Shown here: one piece after another, positions 28,779 through 38,167 of the stretch
Numbering within the stretch: the stretch's first letter is position 1
Layout of the letters: each line of letters starts with the position of its first letter
Assembly (NCBI GenBank): GCA_016187415.1
Contig: JACPJT010000007.1
Coordinates: forward strand, 132,821-196,820
Source of the DNA: Candidatus Aenigmatarchaeota archaeon
GTDB lineage: Archaea; Aenigmatarchaeota; Aenigmatarchaeia; CG10238-14; SCSR01
Reading direction: 5' to 3'
DNA length: 64,000 nucleotides
Made by a program: the position numbers and the translations under genes
Notes under the pieces: generated by a model
What the model saw: the letters and a program-made list of their open reading frames with translations, nothing else
What the model was told of the DNA's origin: nothing
Databases searched by the model: none

Positions 28779-29906
28779 TTACACACCAATTAAATTATCA
28801 ACAAATTCCTTAGCATTAAAACTTATCAGGTTTTCGTATTCTTGTCCGTTCGATAAAAACAAGATGGGCTTTTTCAATTCGTGTGTAACAGATAGGATAG
28901 CACCGCCTTTTTCATTCACATCAACTTTGGTGAATATCACGGCATCAATTCCAATTTCATTGAAAACTCTGGCTTGTAGCACCGCATCATTGCCCGTCAT
29001 GGAATCCACAACAAGTATTTTCAAATCGGGTTTGTTCACACGTATTATTTTTTTCATCTCATCAAGCAGATCCTTGTTCGTATGTGCCCTTCCTGCTGTA
29101 TCCGCAAGGACAAAATTAATCGATTTTGATTTAGCATGTTCTATCGCATCGTAGATTACGGCAGCTGGGTCTGCACCGTAAGTGTGTTTTATCACATCCA
29201 CATTGATTCTTTTTGCATGTTCTTCCAATTGCTCCAGTGAGGCCGCTCGAAATGTATCGGCTGCTGCGAAAACGCAAGAATAATTTTGATTCAATAGCCA
29301 TTTACCAATCTTTGCTAGAGTCGTGGTTTTTCCAGCGCCGTTGAACCCTATGAATAATATTACATACGGTTTTTTGTTTCCAGCGCCTTCCCTCATGTCA
29401 ATTGTTGGTACATTTAATATTCCAAGCAAGCTTTCAGAAAGTTTGTTTACAATAAATTTTTTGACTTCACCGCGTTTTACTTCGGATTCCAGCAAGGATT
29501 TTGTCAAGTCATTTTTGATTTTCTCAGCTACTTCGTACGCAACATCGCCTTCAATCAGCCCATTCTCCAGTTCGCTCAAAATAGGTGCGATGTCTTCTTC
29601 TGATAATTTCTTTTCGCTTATTTTTTTGAAAATCTTTTTGAATAACGATATTTTTTCTTCTTTCGGACTAGCGACAATTTTTTCCGTCCGTTTTTCTTCC
29701 ACTTTTTTTAATTCTTTCTCGACAGCTTCTTTAATTTCAGGTTTCTCTTCAACAATTTCCTTTATTTCTTCAATGGCACTTTTCGGTTCTTCCTCTATTT
29801 TCTTCTCAACATTTTCGATTTTTTCCTCTAACTTTTCCTCCTCTTCCTTCTTTTTTGTGAGAGATTCGATTACACTTGAAAATTTCTTTTTTAGAAACCC
29901 GAACAT
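28779..29906 (-). CDS. ftsY: SRP receptor FtsY
   Basis: An acidic E/K-rich N-terminus precedes the NG domain 'GFNGAGKTTT'. Confidence 0.9.
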   Translation of the reverse strand: MFGFLKKKFSSVIESLTKKKEEEEKLEEKIENVEKKIEEEPKSAIEEIKEIVEEKPEIKEAVEKELKKVEEKRTEKIVASPKEEKISLFKKIFKKISEKKLSEEDIAPILSELENGLIEGDVAYEVAEKIKNDLTKSLLESEVKRGEVKKFIVNKLSESLLGILNVPTIDMREGAGNKKPYVILFIGFNGAGKTTTLAKIGKWLLNQNYSCVFAAADTFRAASLEQLEEHAKRINVDVIKHTYGADPAAVIYDAIEHAKSKSINFVLADTAGRAHTNKDLLDEMKKIIRVNKPDLKILVVDSMTGNDAVLQARVFNEIGIDAVIFTKVDVNEKGGAILSVTHELKKPILFLSNGQEYENLISFNAKEFVDNLIGV

Positions 29907-29910
29907 CTAA

Positions 29911-30333
29911 TCACTCAGCAATATCTTGACCTGAATTTTTATACATTTCATTGAGTTCAGGACCCAATTGACCCATCGCATTAGAAATTTCTGAAATGTT
30001 TATCTGAATTTCTTTTAATGTGTTTTCCAATTCATTTTTTCTTTTTTTAAGCGATTCTTTCCCTTCCCCGATTGGTTTCTCCACTACAATTCCAGCGCCT
30101 ATCTCAACCAATATCTTATCTTTGTCTGTAACTGTTCCAAAAGTGTACGCTTCGGCACCCAGCTTAAATAAAACATCCTGATTATTTTCAATTTCTTCGA
30201 TGCTTGAAATCGTTGAAAGTATTTCAATTATTTTATTGCTGACCAAATCCCTTTGTTTTGCAAGTGCATCAAGTTTCGACTCTAGTATACGATACAGCAT
30301 GAATTTTTCTTGCATTTCTTTTTTGTCTGCCAT
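29911..30333 (-). CDS. pfdA: Prefoldin alpha subunit
   Basis: The 140-aa coiled-coil/beta-hairpin/coiled-coil product is adjacent to ftsY, a conserved archaeal arrangement. Confidence 0.7.
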   Translation of the reverse strand: MADKKEMQEKFMLYRILESKLDALAKQRDLVSNKIIEILSTISSIEEIENNQDVLFKLGAEAYTFGTVTDKDKILVEIGAGIVVEKPIGEGKESLKKRKNELENTLKEIQINISEISNAMGQLGPELNEMYKNSGQDIAE

Positions 30334-30337
30334 TTTA

Positions 30338-30880
30338 TCACAATCCTAATTTTTCTTTCACAAGTAATATACCCAACAGTGCGACAAAATGCGATTTATT
30401 GGATAAAAGCAGTTTTAAAGCTCCATTTATTGGAAGTTTGATTACTTCTATAGTTTCACCTTCATCCTTTTCCAGTGGGTCATTATAGAGTTCTTGCGCC
30501 ATAAAAATGTGCCATTTCGGTGTACTTCTCCCATTTTGCAATACAGTGGCCAATTTTTCAATTTTCTTAGCGTTAAATCCAAATTCTTCTCTGAGTTCTT
30601 TCCTAGCCTGCTCTTTTAAAGTTTTTTCTGAATCTTGTCTCTCTGCGATTCCTGCCGCCGTTGTGTAAATGAAGCCCTTATGCGCAGCCTTAAATTCTCT
30701 CCCAAGATAGACATTATTTTTATTATCTAATGCGATTGTAGCTACTGCGTCACTTGATTTGAACATCTCCCAAAATGCGGTTTTACCATTACCCAAATCA
30801 ACCTTTTGTTCTACTATTTCGAACCATTTGCCATTGTATTTGGTTTTTTCCGAAACAACTTTTGGTATCATTTTAATCAA
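30338..30880 (-). CDS. NUDIX hydrolase
   Basis: The Nudix box reads 'AGIAERQDSEKTLKEQARKELREEFG'. Confidence 0.65.
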   Translation of the reverse strand: MIKMIPKVVSEKTKYNGKWFEIVEQKVDLGNGKTAFWEMFKSSDAVATIALDNKNNVYLGREFKAAHKGFIYTTAAGIAERQDSEKTLKEQARKELREEFGFNAKKIEKLATVLQNGRSTPKWHIFMAQELYNDPLEKDEGETIEVIKLPINGALKLLLSNKSHFVALLGILLVKEKLGL

Positions 30881-30884
30881 TTTA

Positions 30885-31004
30885 TGCAGGGGGAGAGATT
30901 CGAACTCTCGAACGCACTAAGCGGCCGCGTTTCTTTATCATTTGCTATCAAAGCTCAAGTGATGCTTGAGCGCGGCGGAATTGACCAGGCTATCCGACCC
31001 CTGC
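30885..31004 (-). tRNA. tRNA-Leu (anticodon CAA, inferred) with a ~34-nt intron and a long variable arm
   Basis: The reverse strand reads GCAGGGG...CCGCG-CTCAAG[intron]A-CGCGG, then a long variable arm, then GAGAGTTCGAATCTCTC-CCCCTGC. Confidence 0.6.
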
Positions 31005-31040
31005 GTAGTAGATTATTGTCAGCAAAGCAATAAAAAGATT

Positions 31041-31532
31041 TCAAATCATTTTCGTCAGTTCGGATTTCAGCTGGTCTATTTGACCCTTTAGATCTGCGAC
31101 AGTGGCGTCTATGGTCTTGATATCCTGATGTTCAGAAGAAGCATCGTTGGTCTCATGGAAACCAGCCGGTCTCAGCAATTCATCATCAAGATTAAGTAGC
31201 TTCTGCCCCATTTTTTCAACCATGTCGTTGATTATCCCATAGGTATCGTCACGAACCCTTTCAATTTGATGCATGGTATCCAATGAATTCTTTATAATCA
31301 TCAATGCTGTTTTAAGGTTTCCGATGGAATTCAGTATATGCCTATATCTATCGATTTTTACGAACAATGGGGCAACAGCGGGCTTTTCCTGTTCTTTATT
31401 CGCAACAGTCGGCTGTGATTGCGGTTTTGGCGTGTCCATTGGAACCTGTTGCAAATCCGGCATGGGAAAAGGCATTAATTCATCATGCATCTCTTCAAGC
31501 TCCTCTTTTTTCTTTCTACCAAAAAGCGACAT
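31041..31532 (-). CDS. Hypothetical coiled-coil protein
   Basis: The 163-aa product has a C-terminal heptad-rich segment. Confidence 0.4.
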   Translation of the reverse strand: MSLFGRKKKEELEEMHDELMPFPMPDLQQVPMDTPKPQSQPTVANKEQEKPAVAPLFVKIDRYRHILNSIGNLKTALMIIKNSLDTMHQIERVRDDTYGIINDMVEKMGQKLLNLDDELLRPAGFHETNDASSEHQDIKTIDATVADLKGQIDQLKSELTKMI

Positions 31533-31583
31533 CTTATCTAATCTATTTTCTATTGCCGAGAATATAAGTGTTTTCGTCCCATC

Positions 31584-32327
31584 TTACAGTTTGACCTCTT
31601 GCAGATCATCGGGAATGAAGACATCTGATTTTAAGCCTTGAAATTCGTTCAAAATAATATCTCGCCTTTTCAAAAAGGTTCGCATAATATGTACAAGTGC
31701 AAGTCTGCCAAGTTTCGTTTCTTGTAGCAATTTAACAATATCTTTAACCGTAGCATGTCCGCCTACGGGTTTATCGGGAGTACACAACTCATGTGCTAGA
31801 AGATTTGTCCCCTGATAAAGATTTTTCGATTCTTCTGTGGGTGCGCCATCACCACTATAACACATAGACCTCTCTTTAAGAGCTACCTTAATAGCGTAAT
31901 TAGGTATGACATGCGATGTAAGTGCAAAGGACAATTCAAGTTCATTGAAACTTAAACTACCGCCTATTTCGACAAATTCTATATTAAACGGATATCTAGT
32001 CAAGTCGCTCCAACCTTTCCATGACAGTTCTAGAGCGTTCAAAATACTTTCTTTCACACCTTTTTGACCTATTATCGTAAATTCTTTTTTACGACCGTCT
32101 TCCTCCATCCTTAATATCAAAGGCAATACACCGTAATAATGATCTGCATGAAAATGAGAAATGTAGACGCCATCTAGAAAATTCGGGTTTGAATTATATT
32201 CCCAAAGCGATTGTGGCACATTATAACCACAGTCCAACAAGAGTTTTGTTTTTGAATTGACTAAAATGGAAATGTTGTGCCTGTTTTCATCGAACGCCTC
32301 CCCACTACCGACAAAGACAACTTCCAT
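31584..32327 (-). CDS. MBL-fold metallo-hydrolase
   Basis: The 'HFHADH' HxHxDH motif is present. The ORF is open to 32399 but that stretch overlaps the tRNA, so the start is taken at 'MEVVFVGSG'. Confidence 0.6.
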   Translation of the reverse strand: MEVVFVGSGEAFDENRHNISILVNSKTKLLLDCGYNVPQSLWEYNSNPNFLDGVYISHFHADHYYGVLPLILRMEEDGRKKEFTIIGQKGVKESILNALELSWKGWSDLTRYPFNIEFVEIGGSLSFNELELSFALTSHVIPNYAIKVALKERSMCYSGDGAPTEESKNLYQGTNLLAHELCTPDKPVGGHATVKDIVKLLQETKLGRLALVHIMRTFLKRRDIILNEFQGLKSDVFIPDDLQEVKL

Positions 32328-32337
32328 ATTAATCGAG

Positions 32338-32425
32338 TGCGCCAGCGGGGATTTGAACCCCGGCCCTGAACTTGGCAAGCTTACACCATTTATGTTCATG
32401 TCCTACCAGGCTAGACTACTGGCGC
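32338..32425 (-). tRNA. tRNA, probably Gly (GCC), with a ~15-nt intron at a non-canonical position
   Basis: The reverse strand reads GCGCCAG-TA-GTCTAGCCTGGTAGGAC...TGAAC[ATAAATGGTGTAAGCTTGCCAA]GTTCA...CGGGGTTCAAATCCCCG-CTGGCGC. Only a ...TGCCAA loop gives a sensible anticodon. Confidence 0.55.
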
Positions 32426-32447
32426 ATAATTGTATATTACTATTGAT

Positions 32448-32759
32448 TTACCCTAAAATATTTCCAAAGCCCTCTATAGCCTTGCTTTCTTCTTCCTTGA
32501 TCTTATTTATCAGCTGAGATTTTACTTCATCCTTCACTTCCGTGGCAAATTCTTTTACCAGATCAATCGCCCGTTTGCATTGCTCGTCCGTACCCGAGAT
32601 ATAACAAAAATAACCATCCTTGCCGACAAATGAACCGTCTTTGAACATCATGCTTGCCCTGCCGACTATATCATCCGCCAACAACTTGTCTTTACACTTG
32701 CCATAGTTCTCGGATTTGAAGTGCAGTACGATTTCCATAAACATCCAATAATGTTTCAA
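32448..32759 (-). CDS. Hypothetical small protein
   Basis: The 103-aa ORF lies between two tRNA genes. No motif was recognised. Confidence 0.35.
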   Translation of the reverse strand: MKHYWMFMEIVLHFKSENYGKCKDKLLADDIVGRASMMFKDGSFVGKDGYFCYISGTDEQCKRAIDLVKEFATEVKDEVKSQLINKIKEEESKAIEGFGNILG

Positions 32760-32773
32760 GATTTAAATTGGTG

Positions 32774-32858
32774 AGCCTCAGATGGGACTTGAACCCACGA
32801 CCTACTGCTATTCCTTACGCATACGAAGCAGTTGCTCTGCCAACTGAGCTACTGAGGC
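32774..32858 (-). tRNA. tRNA-Thr (anticodon CGT) with a 12-nt intron
   Basis: The reverse strand reads GCCTCAG-TA-GCTCAGTTGGCAGAGC-A-ACTGC-TTCGTA[intron]A-GCAGT-AGGTC-GTGGGTTCAAGTCCCAT-CTGAGGC-T. Confidence 0.65.
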
Positions 32859-32908
32859 ACTTGCTTATTACTTTTGGCGCACAAATATAATAGTCTTATC
32901 AAGGGTGT

Positions 32909-33952
32909 TTGATGGCTAAAAAGGTTAAGGAAGAGCTTGAAGAAGCGCTGTTCTGGAAAAAGGAAAGAAATGGCATAAGGGATTTTGTATCCGCCAAGGA
33001 AGATTTCATACCTAAAGGCAAAACAGACTTCTCTATGACGCGTGAAAACAGGGACAACAAGCTCTTTGCACTCAATTTTGGCAGATTAGTAGCCATGAAC
33101 GTAGACAAGATAGAAAAGAGCAATCTGTTCCATTTCAACCCCAATTCCGATTCTCTTTTCATAGGTTTGCCCGGTTGCAATATCAAATCACCTTTTTGTT
33201 CCGAATTCGAGCTCAATAACAAGCTCATGCACGACAATCCGTTGCAGGCCAAATACCAATACAACATCCCAGAGCAGGTTGTAGCCGCTGCCGAGAAGAA
33301 GAATTGCAAGTCCATCACATTCAACTACACAGAACCTATGGTGTGGTTTGAGTTTGCGTTCAAAACAGCCAGATACGCCCATAGAGGGAACGTGAAAACA
33401 GCTTTGGTGACCAACGGTTATACCACAGAGGAACCGATTAAAAAGTTAGGCAAATTCTTGGATGCCGTTACAGTGAAAATATTCGGTTCGGGAAATCTTG
33501 GCTTGTACGAAAAATACATGGGAATCAAGGATGTGTCGCCTATTTTCCACACCCTGAAGCAGTTGTCCAAGCAAAAAATCTTTATAGAAATAACGAATCT
33601 GATAGTGCCGCAGATGGGGGATAATTTAGACGAATGCGTGAAATTGGCGGCTTGGATAAGTCACGAACTGGGCGCGGAAACGCCGTTGCATTTGCTGCAA
33701 TTCCAGCCGATAGGCGTGGACATACCGCCTACACCCGTATCGACTTTAGTAAGGTTGGCAGAAGAGTCAAGAAGGGCGGGTTTAAGATACGTTTATGTGC
33801 ATGCCACCCCATCGCACGATGAAGAGAGCACATTTTGTCATAATTGCAGGGAACTTGTGGTAGAGAGGAAAAATTCAATCGTAAAAAAGAACAAGATCAT
33901 TGACGGCAGATGCCCGAGCTGTGGATTTATGCTTAACTTTATCTCGAAATAA
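32909..33952 (+). CDS. Radical-SAM-like (PFL-activase/AmmeMemoRadiSam-like) protein with a degenerate CxxxSxxC motif and a C-terminal Zn-ribbon
   Basis: 'LPGCNIKSPFC' sits where CxxxCxxC is expected. An 'ITFNYTEPMVWFEF' motif and a C-terminal 'CHNC...CPSCG' are present. Confidence 0.4.
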   Translation: MMAKKVKEELEEALFWKKERNGIRDFVSAKEDFIPKGKTDFSMTRENRDNKLFALNFGRLVAMNVDKIEKSNLFHFNPNSDSLFIGLPGCNIKSPFCSEFELNNKLMHDNPLQAKYQYNIPEQVVAAAEKKNCKSITFNYTEPMVWFEFAFKTARYAHRGNVKTALVTNGYTTEEPIKKLGKFLDAVTVKIFGSGNLGLYEKYMGIKDVSPIFHTLKQLSKQKIFIEITNLIVPQMGDNLDECVKLAAWISHELGAETPLHLLQFQPIGVDIPPTPVSTLVRLAEESRRAGLRYVYVHATPSHDEESTFCHNCRELVVERKNSIVKKNKIIDGRCPSCGFMLNFISK

Positions 33953-33987
33953 GAAGACATAAATACTGGAAATGCGCCTTAATAATT

Positions 33988-34896
33988 GTGAAACTGTTTC
34001 AAATCGTTTCAGCGGGGGCATTAATCGTTTCACTTTTGATGTTTATACCCACAGCTTTCGCTGCAGTTCAGTTTTATGGTTCTGATATAGACTTGGGCGC
34101 AGATGGAAACGCCAAAATAACACTTACACTTACATTTGAAGAACCGGTAAAAGGATTCCAGTTGGGTGTTTTTGGTTCTGTTAAGAACTTTAACGCCACC
34201 AGCAATGCCGGCCCGCCACAATGCCAGGTTTACACAGGTACCGCAAGCGTCATAGACTGTAAAATGAACCTAACAGAAGATAAAAGGACGCTGGAACTGG
34301 ATTTTGAGACAGCAGACTTTGTAAAAACAATAGACGGCAAAAGCCTGTTCAGCATAGACCTGTCCCTAAGCCAGAATATACTGCAGGCATCAACCGCAGT
34401 AAAACTGCCCGAGGGATACGCATTAGCCAATACAACCACGATACCAGAAGTAACACCACCCGCAACTAACATAGTCAGCGATGGCAGGAGAATAATTGTC
34501 AATTGGAACATAGAGAACGTGACTTCGGACAAGTCGTTCAAATTCCAGACACTGTACGAACCCACAAAGGGGGCGTTTCCTGTCACACTTGTCTCCATAG
34601 GTGTCATAGCTCTGATTTCATTCTCAAGCGGCGCCTTCCTGTTCTATCGGAGAATGCGAAAGCCGAAAGAAGTAATCTTATCGGTTCTAGACGACTTTGA
34701 GAAGCGGGTAATCGAAGTCATTACCGCTGCGGGCGGTGAAATTAACCAAAGGAAAGTAGTCCAGGACACGAACTTGTCTAAAGCAAAGGTGTCAAGGGTC
34801 GTCAAAAGACTGCAGGAACGGGGCCTGATTGAGGTTACAAGGCTTGGAAGGACGAATAAGCTCAAATTAGCCCAGAAAAAATTCGGAGAGAATTAA
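33988..34896 (+). CDS. Membrane-anchored transcriptional regulator: signal peptide, extracytoplasmic domain, one TM helix, then a cytoplasmic winged helix
   Basis: The N-terminal signal 'LIVSLLMFIPTAFAAV', the TM helix 'VTLVSIGVIALISFSSGAFLFY' and the C-terminal 'VIEVITAAGGEINQRKVVQDTNLSKAKVSRVVKRLQERGLIEV' wHTH are all visible. Confidence 0.55.
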   Translation: MKLFQIVSAGALIVSLLMFIPTAFAAVQFYGSDIDLGADGNAKITLTLTFEEPVKGFQLGVFGSVKNFNATSNAGPPQCQVYTGTASVIDCKMNLTEDKRTLELDFETADFVKTIDGKSLFSIDLSLSQNILQASTAVKLPEGYALANTTTIPEVTPPATNIVSDGRRIIVNWNIENVTSDKSFKFQTLYEPTKGAFPVTLVSIGVIALISFSSGAFLFYRRMRKPKEVILSVLDDFEKRVIEVITAAGGEINQRKVVQDTNLSKAKVSRVVKRLQERGLIEVTRLGRTNKLKLAQKKFGEN

Positions 34897-35101
34897 ACGC
34901 TCAAATCCATCTAATACGGTCTATTCTACCTATAGAAACAATTAACAACCCTCAAATGGGTTTAATGGTCCATTTGTACACCATTTCGAATACCGTGAAA
35001 CAATCCATCAATTGTTTCAGGCAACTTATATAAGACCCAAAATGCAATTAGATTATCAATGAAACCCAAGCACTGTGCACTATGTACTACGAAAGTAGGA
35101 C

Positions 35102-35109
35102 GTATAAAC
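35102..35109 (+). promoter_or_regulatory. Putative TATA box (GTATAAAC) for the S-layer-like gene
   Basis: An AT-rich box lies ~40 nt upstream of the ATG, and a GGAGG-like 'GTGAGGA' lies 8 nt before the start. Confidence 0.3.
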
Positions 35110-35145
35110 AGTGAAAAAAACACGAAAATGTGAGGAATAAAATAA

Positions 35146-37506
35146 ATGTTTAATAAGATTGTTGCAAGTTTCATGACGACCTTAATGGTAGCCATGACAC
35201 TAGTCAGCCCAGCTTTGGGTGCAACAGCTCTTAAAGACTATCCAACGTTCCTTGGTAACGTAGGTGACTTTTACGTAGTAGTTGGTAACAATGCCGCAGC
35301 CAGCGATGTAGCAGGTGCTATAGACGTTGCTGCTAACCTTGCCCAACTCTCGTTCACGACACAAACGGTTACAACAGGAACAAGTTCAGCAACAGGAACA
35401 TCTGACAGGAAAGTGGTTCTCCCAATATCCTCGAGTGGAGGTCAAATCGCTGGTACATCTGGTTCTTCGAACCAATTCCCAGCCGAATTGAGAAACTTCT
35501 ACTACAGTGGATTGAAGGATTCCAAGTTCCAGTACAGAGGTACTGACCACAGTTTCCACGAAGCAGTATATCCTGCAACATCAGGCTCAACTCTATCGGT
35601 AACCCACTCTTTGGGTAGCCCAATAAACGGTACTATAAAGATGAGAATTGACAACAACGCTTTCGTCTACAAGTACAGATTTGACGATACGATATCAGCA
35701 GCAGATTTTAACGCTGCATCAGCGAACTCAACAACCTATACAACACCTCTAAAGGTGACAGTAGCAGGCAAGGAGTTCCAGATAGTAGCGATTGCAGATA
35801 CCACATCGTTCAAAGCCCTTGTAGGCACTGTCAAGACACTAAGCGACGGTGAGTCGGTTAAAGTTGGTGACTTGACATTGAAAGTGGTCCAGTCGTTCTC
35901 AAGTACAACTGCCAAGATCGAAGTAACAGATCCAAGTGGCAATGTCGTTAAATCAGGCATTAACACAGGCAGCACCGAGTCTGTCTCTTACGGAGGATCA
36001 ACATACAATTACAAAGTGCTTAGCTCAGGCGCTACAGCTTCAGGCGTAGCCGGTTATGCGCAAGTAGTCTTCGGTAAGGGTGACATCGAAACAACATTCG
36101 ATGGTTCAACAACAGCCGTAGTATCGGATTGGGGATCAGATTGGGCGATTGCAGGTCAGTGGCAAACAGCTGGTAGAGTGCAGAATGGAGACAACATAAC
36201 TGTTACATACAACCCTCAGTCATTGACAGATGCTAACAGATACTATACATCTGGTGGTGTCTTCAAAGGACCAGGAGATTACTTTGAGTTGAAATACTCT
36301 GGATACTATCCAGGCAATTTCGCCAAGGTAACAATAGAACCTGTAACAGGACAAACAGTTTACAACTCGACTGCAGCAACAGGCTACTCCACATCAGTAA
36401 ACGGTGGTGGCTCTTCGTTGAACGGTTTGAAGCTATCAAGCGGTGTTTCAGGTACACTAGTATCTGGAAGTACAGGATACAGTGAAATGTATCTTCTCTT
36501 CAACTCATCAGCTTCGGCTACAAACTTCAACAACAGTTACTACTGGGTGGCCTACAAGGATTCCTCAACTGGAAGAATTGTTAACTTAAACGTTACAAAA
36601 TACCCAGCATACTTCACACAAGGCGGAGCAACTCCGGGTGTTATTAACATAACCGATGCTCAAGGACTTGCTGTGATACAGAATGCCGTGGCTCCAGTTG
36701 AAAACATAACATTGTCATATGGTGGCCCAGGTGCTACAGTGACATACACATTCGGTACAACATTCAGCGCTAAAGATTTGTTGAATGTCACGGCCGGATC
36801 AACAGGAATCTTCAACTCGTCGGGTACACAGACTGTAGTGTTGTCATACCAAAACAGGACAACATCGTCAACATCAACATCTCCAGAGTTGATACTAGGT
36901 ACCAACGTCGGTACAGCCGATGCGAATGATGCAAAGGCTAGAGTAGAAGGATCATCGCAAGATGTATCTACACAAGTCGGTGACTTGATCTCAGACGAAG
37001 GTATTATAGTGTACTCAGTCAAATCAAATGCTGAGGGCAACAAAGGAGTGATAGGTGTTCCACCTGAAACTGTCTATGGATTAGTCAAGTTCGGTAAAGA
37101 AACAGCTACAGCAAGCACATCTTCAACAGTAAATGTTGTTGTGCCAGTCACCACATTGGTGGCTAAGCTTGATAGCGAAATTACATCCGCCGATAAGGCA
37201 GGCAAAGACCTAGTCCTAGTCGGAGGTCCATGTAAAAACTCTCTAGTTGCCGACCTCAAGACAGCCGGTAAGTTCGCTTACGGTTGTTCAGATTGGCCAG
37301 CTAGGAACTTCGCGATAATTCAAGTAATGGATGACGGTCTCGGAACTGGTCATCAAGTTGTGGTAGTTGCCGGAACAAGAGCTGACGATACAAGACTAGC
37401 GTCAAGCGTATTGCAGAACTATGCGACAAAGCTTTCAGCCGTAACAGGTGCGAAAGTTGAAGTCTCAGGAGCTGCTTTAGCTTCGGCTACAGTAACACCA
37501 GTCTAA
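35146..37506 (+). CDS. S-layer-like surface glycoprotein
   Basis: A signal peptide 'MTTLMVAMTLVSPALGA' leads a 786-aa T/S/G/V-rich product with many N-x-S/T sequons. A T-rich tract follows the stop. Confidence 0.55.
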   Translation: MFNKIVASFMTTLMVAMTLVSPALGATALKDYPTFLGNVGDFYVVVGNNAAASDVAGAIDVAANLAQLSFTTQTVTTGTSSATGTSDRKVVLPISSSGGQIAGTSGSSNQFPAELRNFYYSGLKDSKFQYRGTDHSFHEAVYPATSGSTLSVTHSLGSPINGTIKMRIDNNAFVYKYRFDDTISAADFNAASANSTTYTTPLKVTVAGKEFQIVAIADTTSFKALVGTVKTLSDGESVKVGDLTLKVVQSFSSTTAKIEVTDPSGNVVKSGINTGSTESVSYGGSTYNYKVLSSGATASGVAGYAQVVFGKGDIETTFDGSTTAVVSDWGSDWAIAGQWQTAGRVQNGDNITVTYNPQSLTDANRYYTSGGVFKGPGDYFELKYSGYYPGNFAKVTIEPVTGQTVYNSTAATGYSTSVNGGGSSLNGLKLSSGVSGTLVSGSTGYSEMYLLFNSSASATNFNNSYYWVAYKDSSTGRIVNLNVTKYPAYFTQGGATPGVINITDAQGLAVIQNAVAPVENITLSYGGPGATVTYTFGTTFSAKDLLNVTAGSTGIFNSSGTQTVVLSYQNRTTSSTSTSPELILGTNVGTADANDAKARVEGSSQDVSTQVGDLISDEGIIVYSVKSNAEGNKGVIGVPPETVYGLVKFGKETATASTSSTVNVVVPVTTLVAKLDSEITSADKAGKDLVLVGGPCKNSLVADLKTAGKFAYGCSDWPARNFAIIQVMDDGLGTGHQVVVVAGTRADDTRLASSVLQNYATKLSAVTGAKVEVSGAALASATVTPV

Positions 37507-37560
37507 AAAGCTGACACGAAGAAGGAAATTTACTTTCCCCTTCTTTTTCTTTTTCTCTTA
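37507..37560 (+). terminator. T-rich tract downstream of the S-layer-like gene, a putative archaeal terminator
   Basis: '...CTTTCCCCTTCTTTTTCTTTTTCTCTT' lies just after the stop. Confidence 0.3.
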
Positions 37561-37609
37561 AAACGACTTGAGAAATTTATCCCGAAAATGTTTTTATAGT
37601 TAGCTTATC

Positions 37610-38167
37610 ATGTTTAATTCTATGAAATTCAGATTCGGGAAAAAACAGCTGGCTCTTTTAGTGGCATGCCTTGTCGTTGTTGCGGCTGTCGGCATCGGAA
37701 TCTACCTTTCAACGCCCAAAGAAATAAAACATTACAATTTTTACGGTACTCAAATAGCGTTCAGGGACGACCTGAGGAATGCGAAGAACATTTCAGTTTA
37801 CCCGGACGACAAAGCAATCCAAGCAGCCGTATGGAACCCGGACTTGAAAAACATAACAATCGCTTTTGTGAATTCGTCTGACAATAATCTCATGGCTGTC
37901 GATTCGTTTGAAATAACCTACAAGATGAGCATAGCTTACAACAAATTCGACTGGTTTATCAATTTTAACGGCAAAGAGGTGGGTTCTTTCGGGAATCTGA
38001 CTGGCACAAAAGACAATCTTGTAATCGCACTGGTTCCCCCGTCAATCGCAAACGAAACCAAAGTAGAGATGAAAGACAACGTGATTTACATTAAAGGGAA
38101 AACACCCGTCGATTTCGACAGGGCGACAATAAGGTTCATCATGTCCGCCCTAAACATAACGGTCTAG
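37610..38167 (+). CDS. Membrane-anchored hypothetical protein
   Basis: The N-terminal TM helix is 'LALLVACLVVVAAVGIGIYL'. Confidence 0.4.
   Translation: MFNSMKFRFGKKQLALLVACLVVVAAVGIGIYLSTPKEIKHYNFYGTQIAFRDDLRNAKNISVYPDDKAIQAAVWNPDLKNITIAFVNSSDNNLMAVDSFEITYKMSIAYNKFDWFINFNGKEVGSFGNLTGTKDNLVIALVPPSIANETKVEMKDNVIYIKGKTPVDFDRATIRFIMSALNITV

Noticed and set aside
29500-29900. GAA/AAG-rich repetitive DNA that might be a microsatellite or CRISPR-like repeat
   Set aside because: It encodes the acidic E/K-rich N-terminal domain of FtsY. It has no regular spacer-repeat structure.
28417-29910. Plus-strand ORFs inside ftsY/srp54
   Set aside because: They are antisense low-complexity frames.
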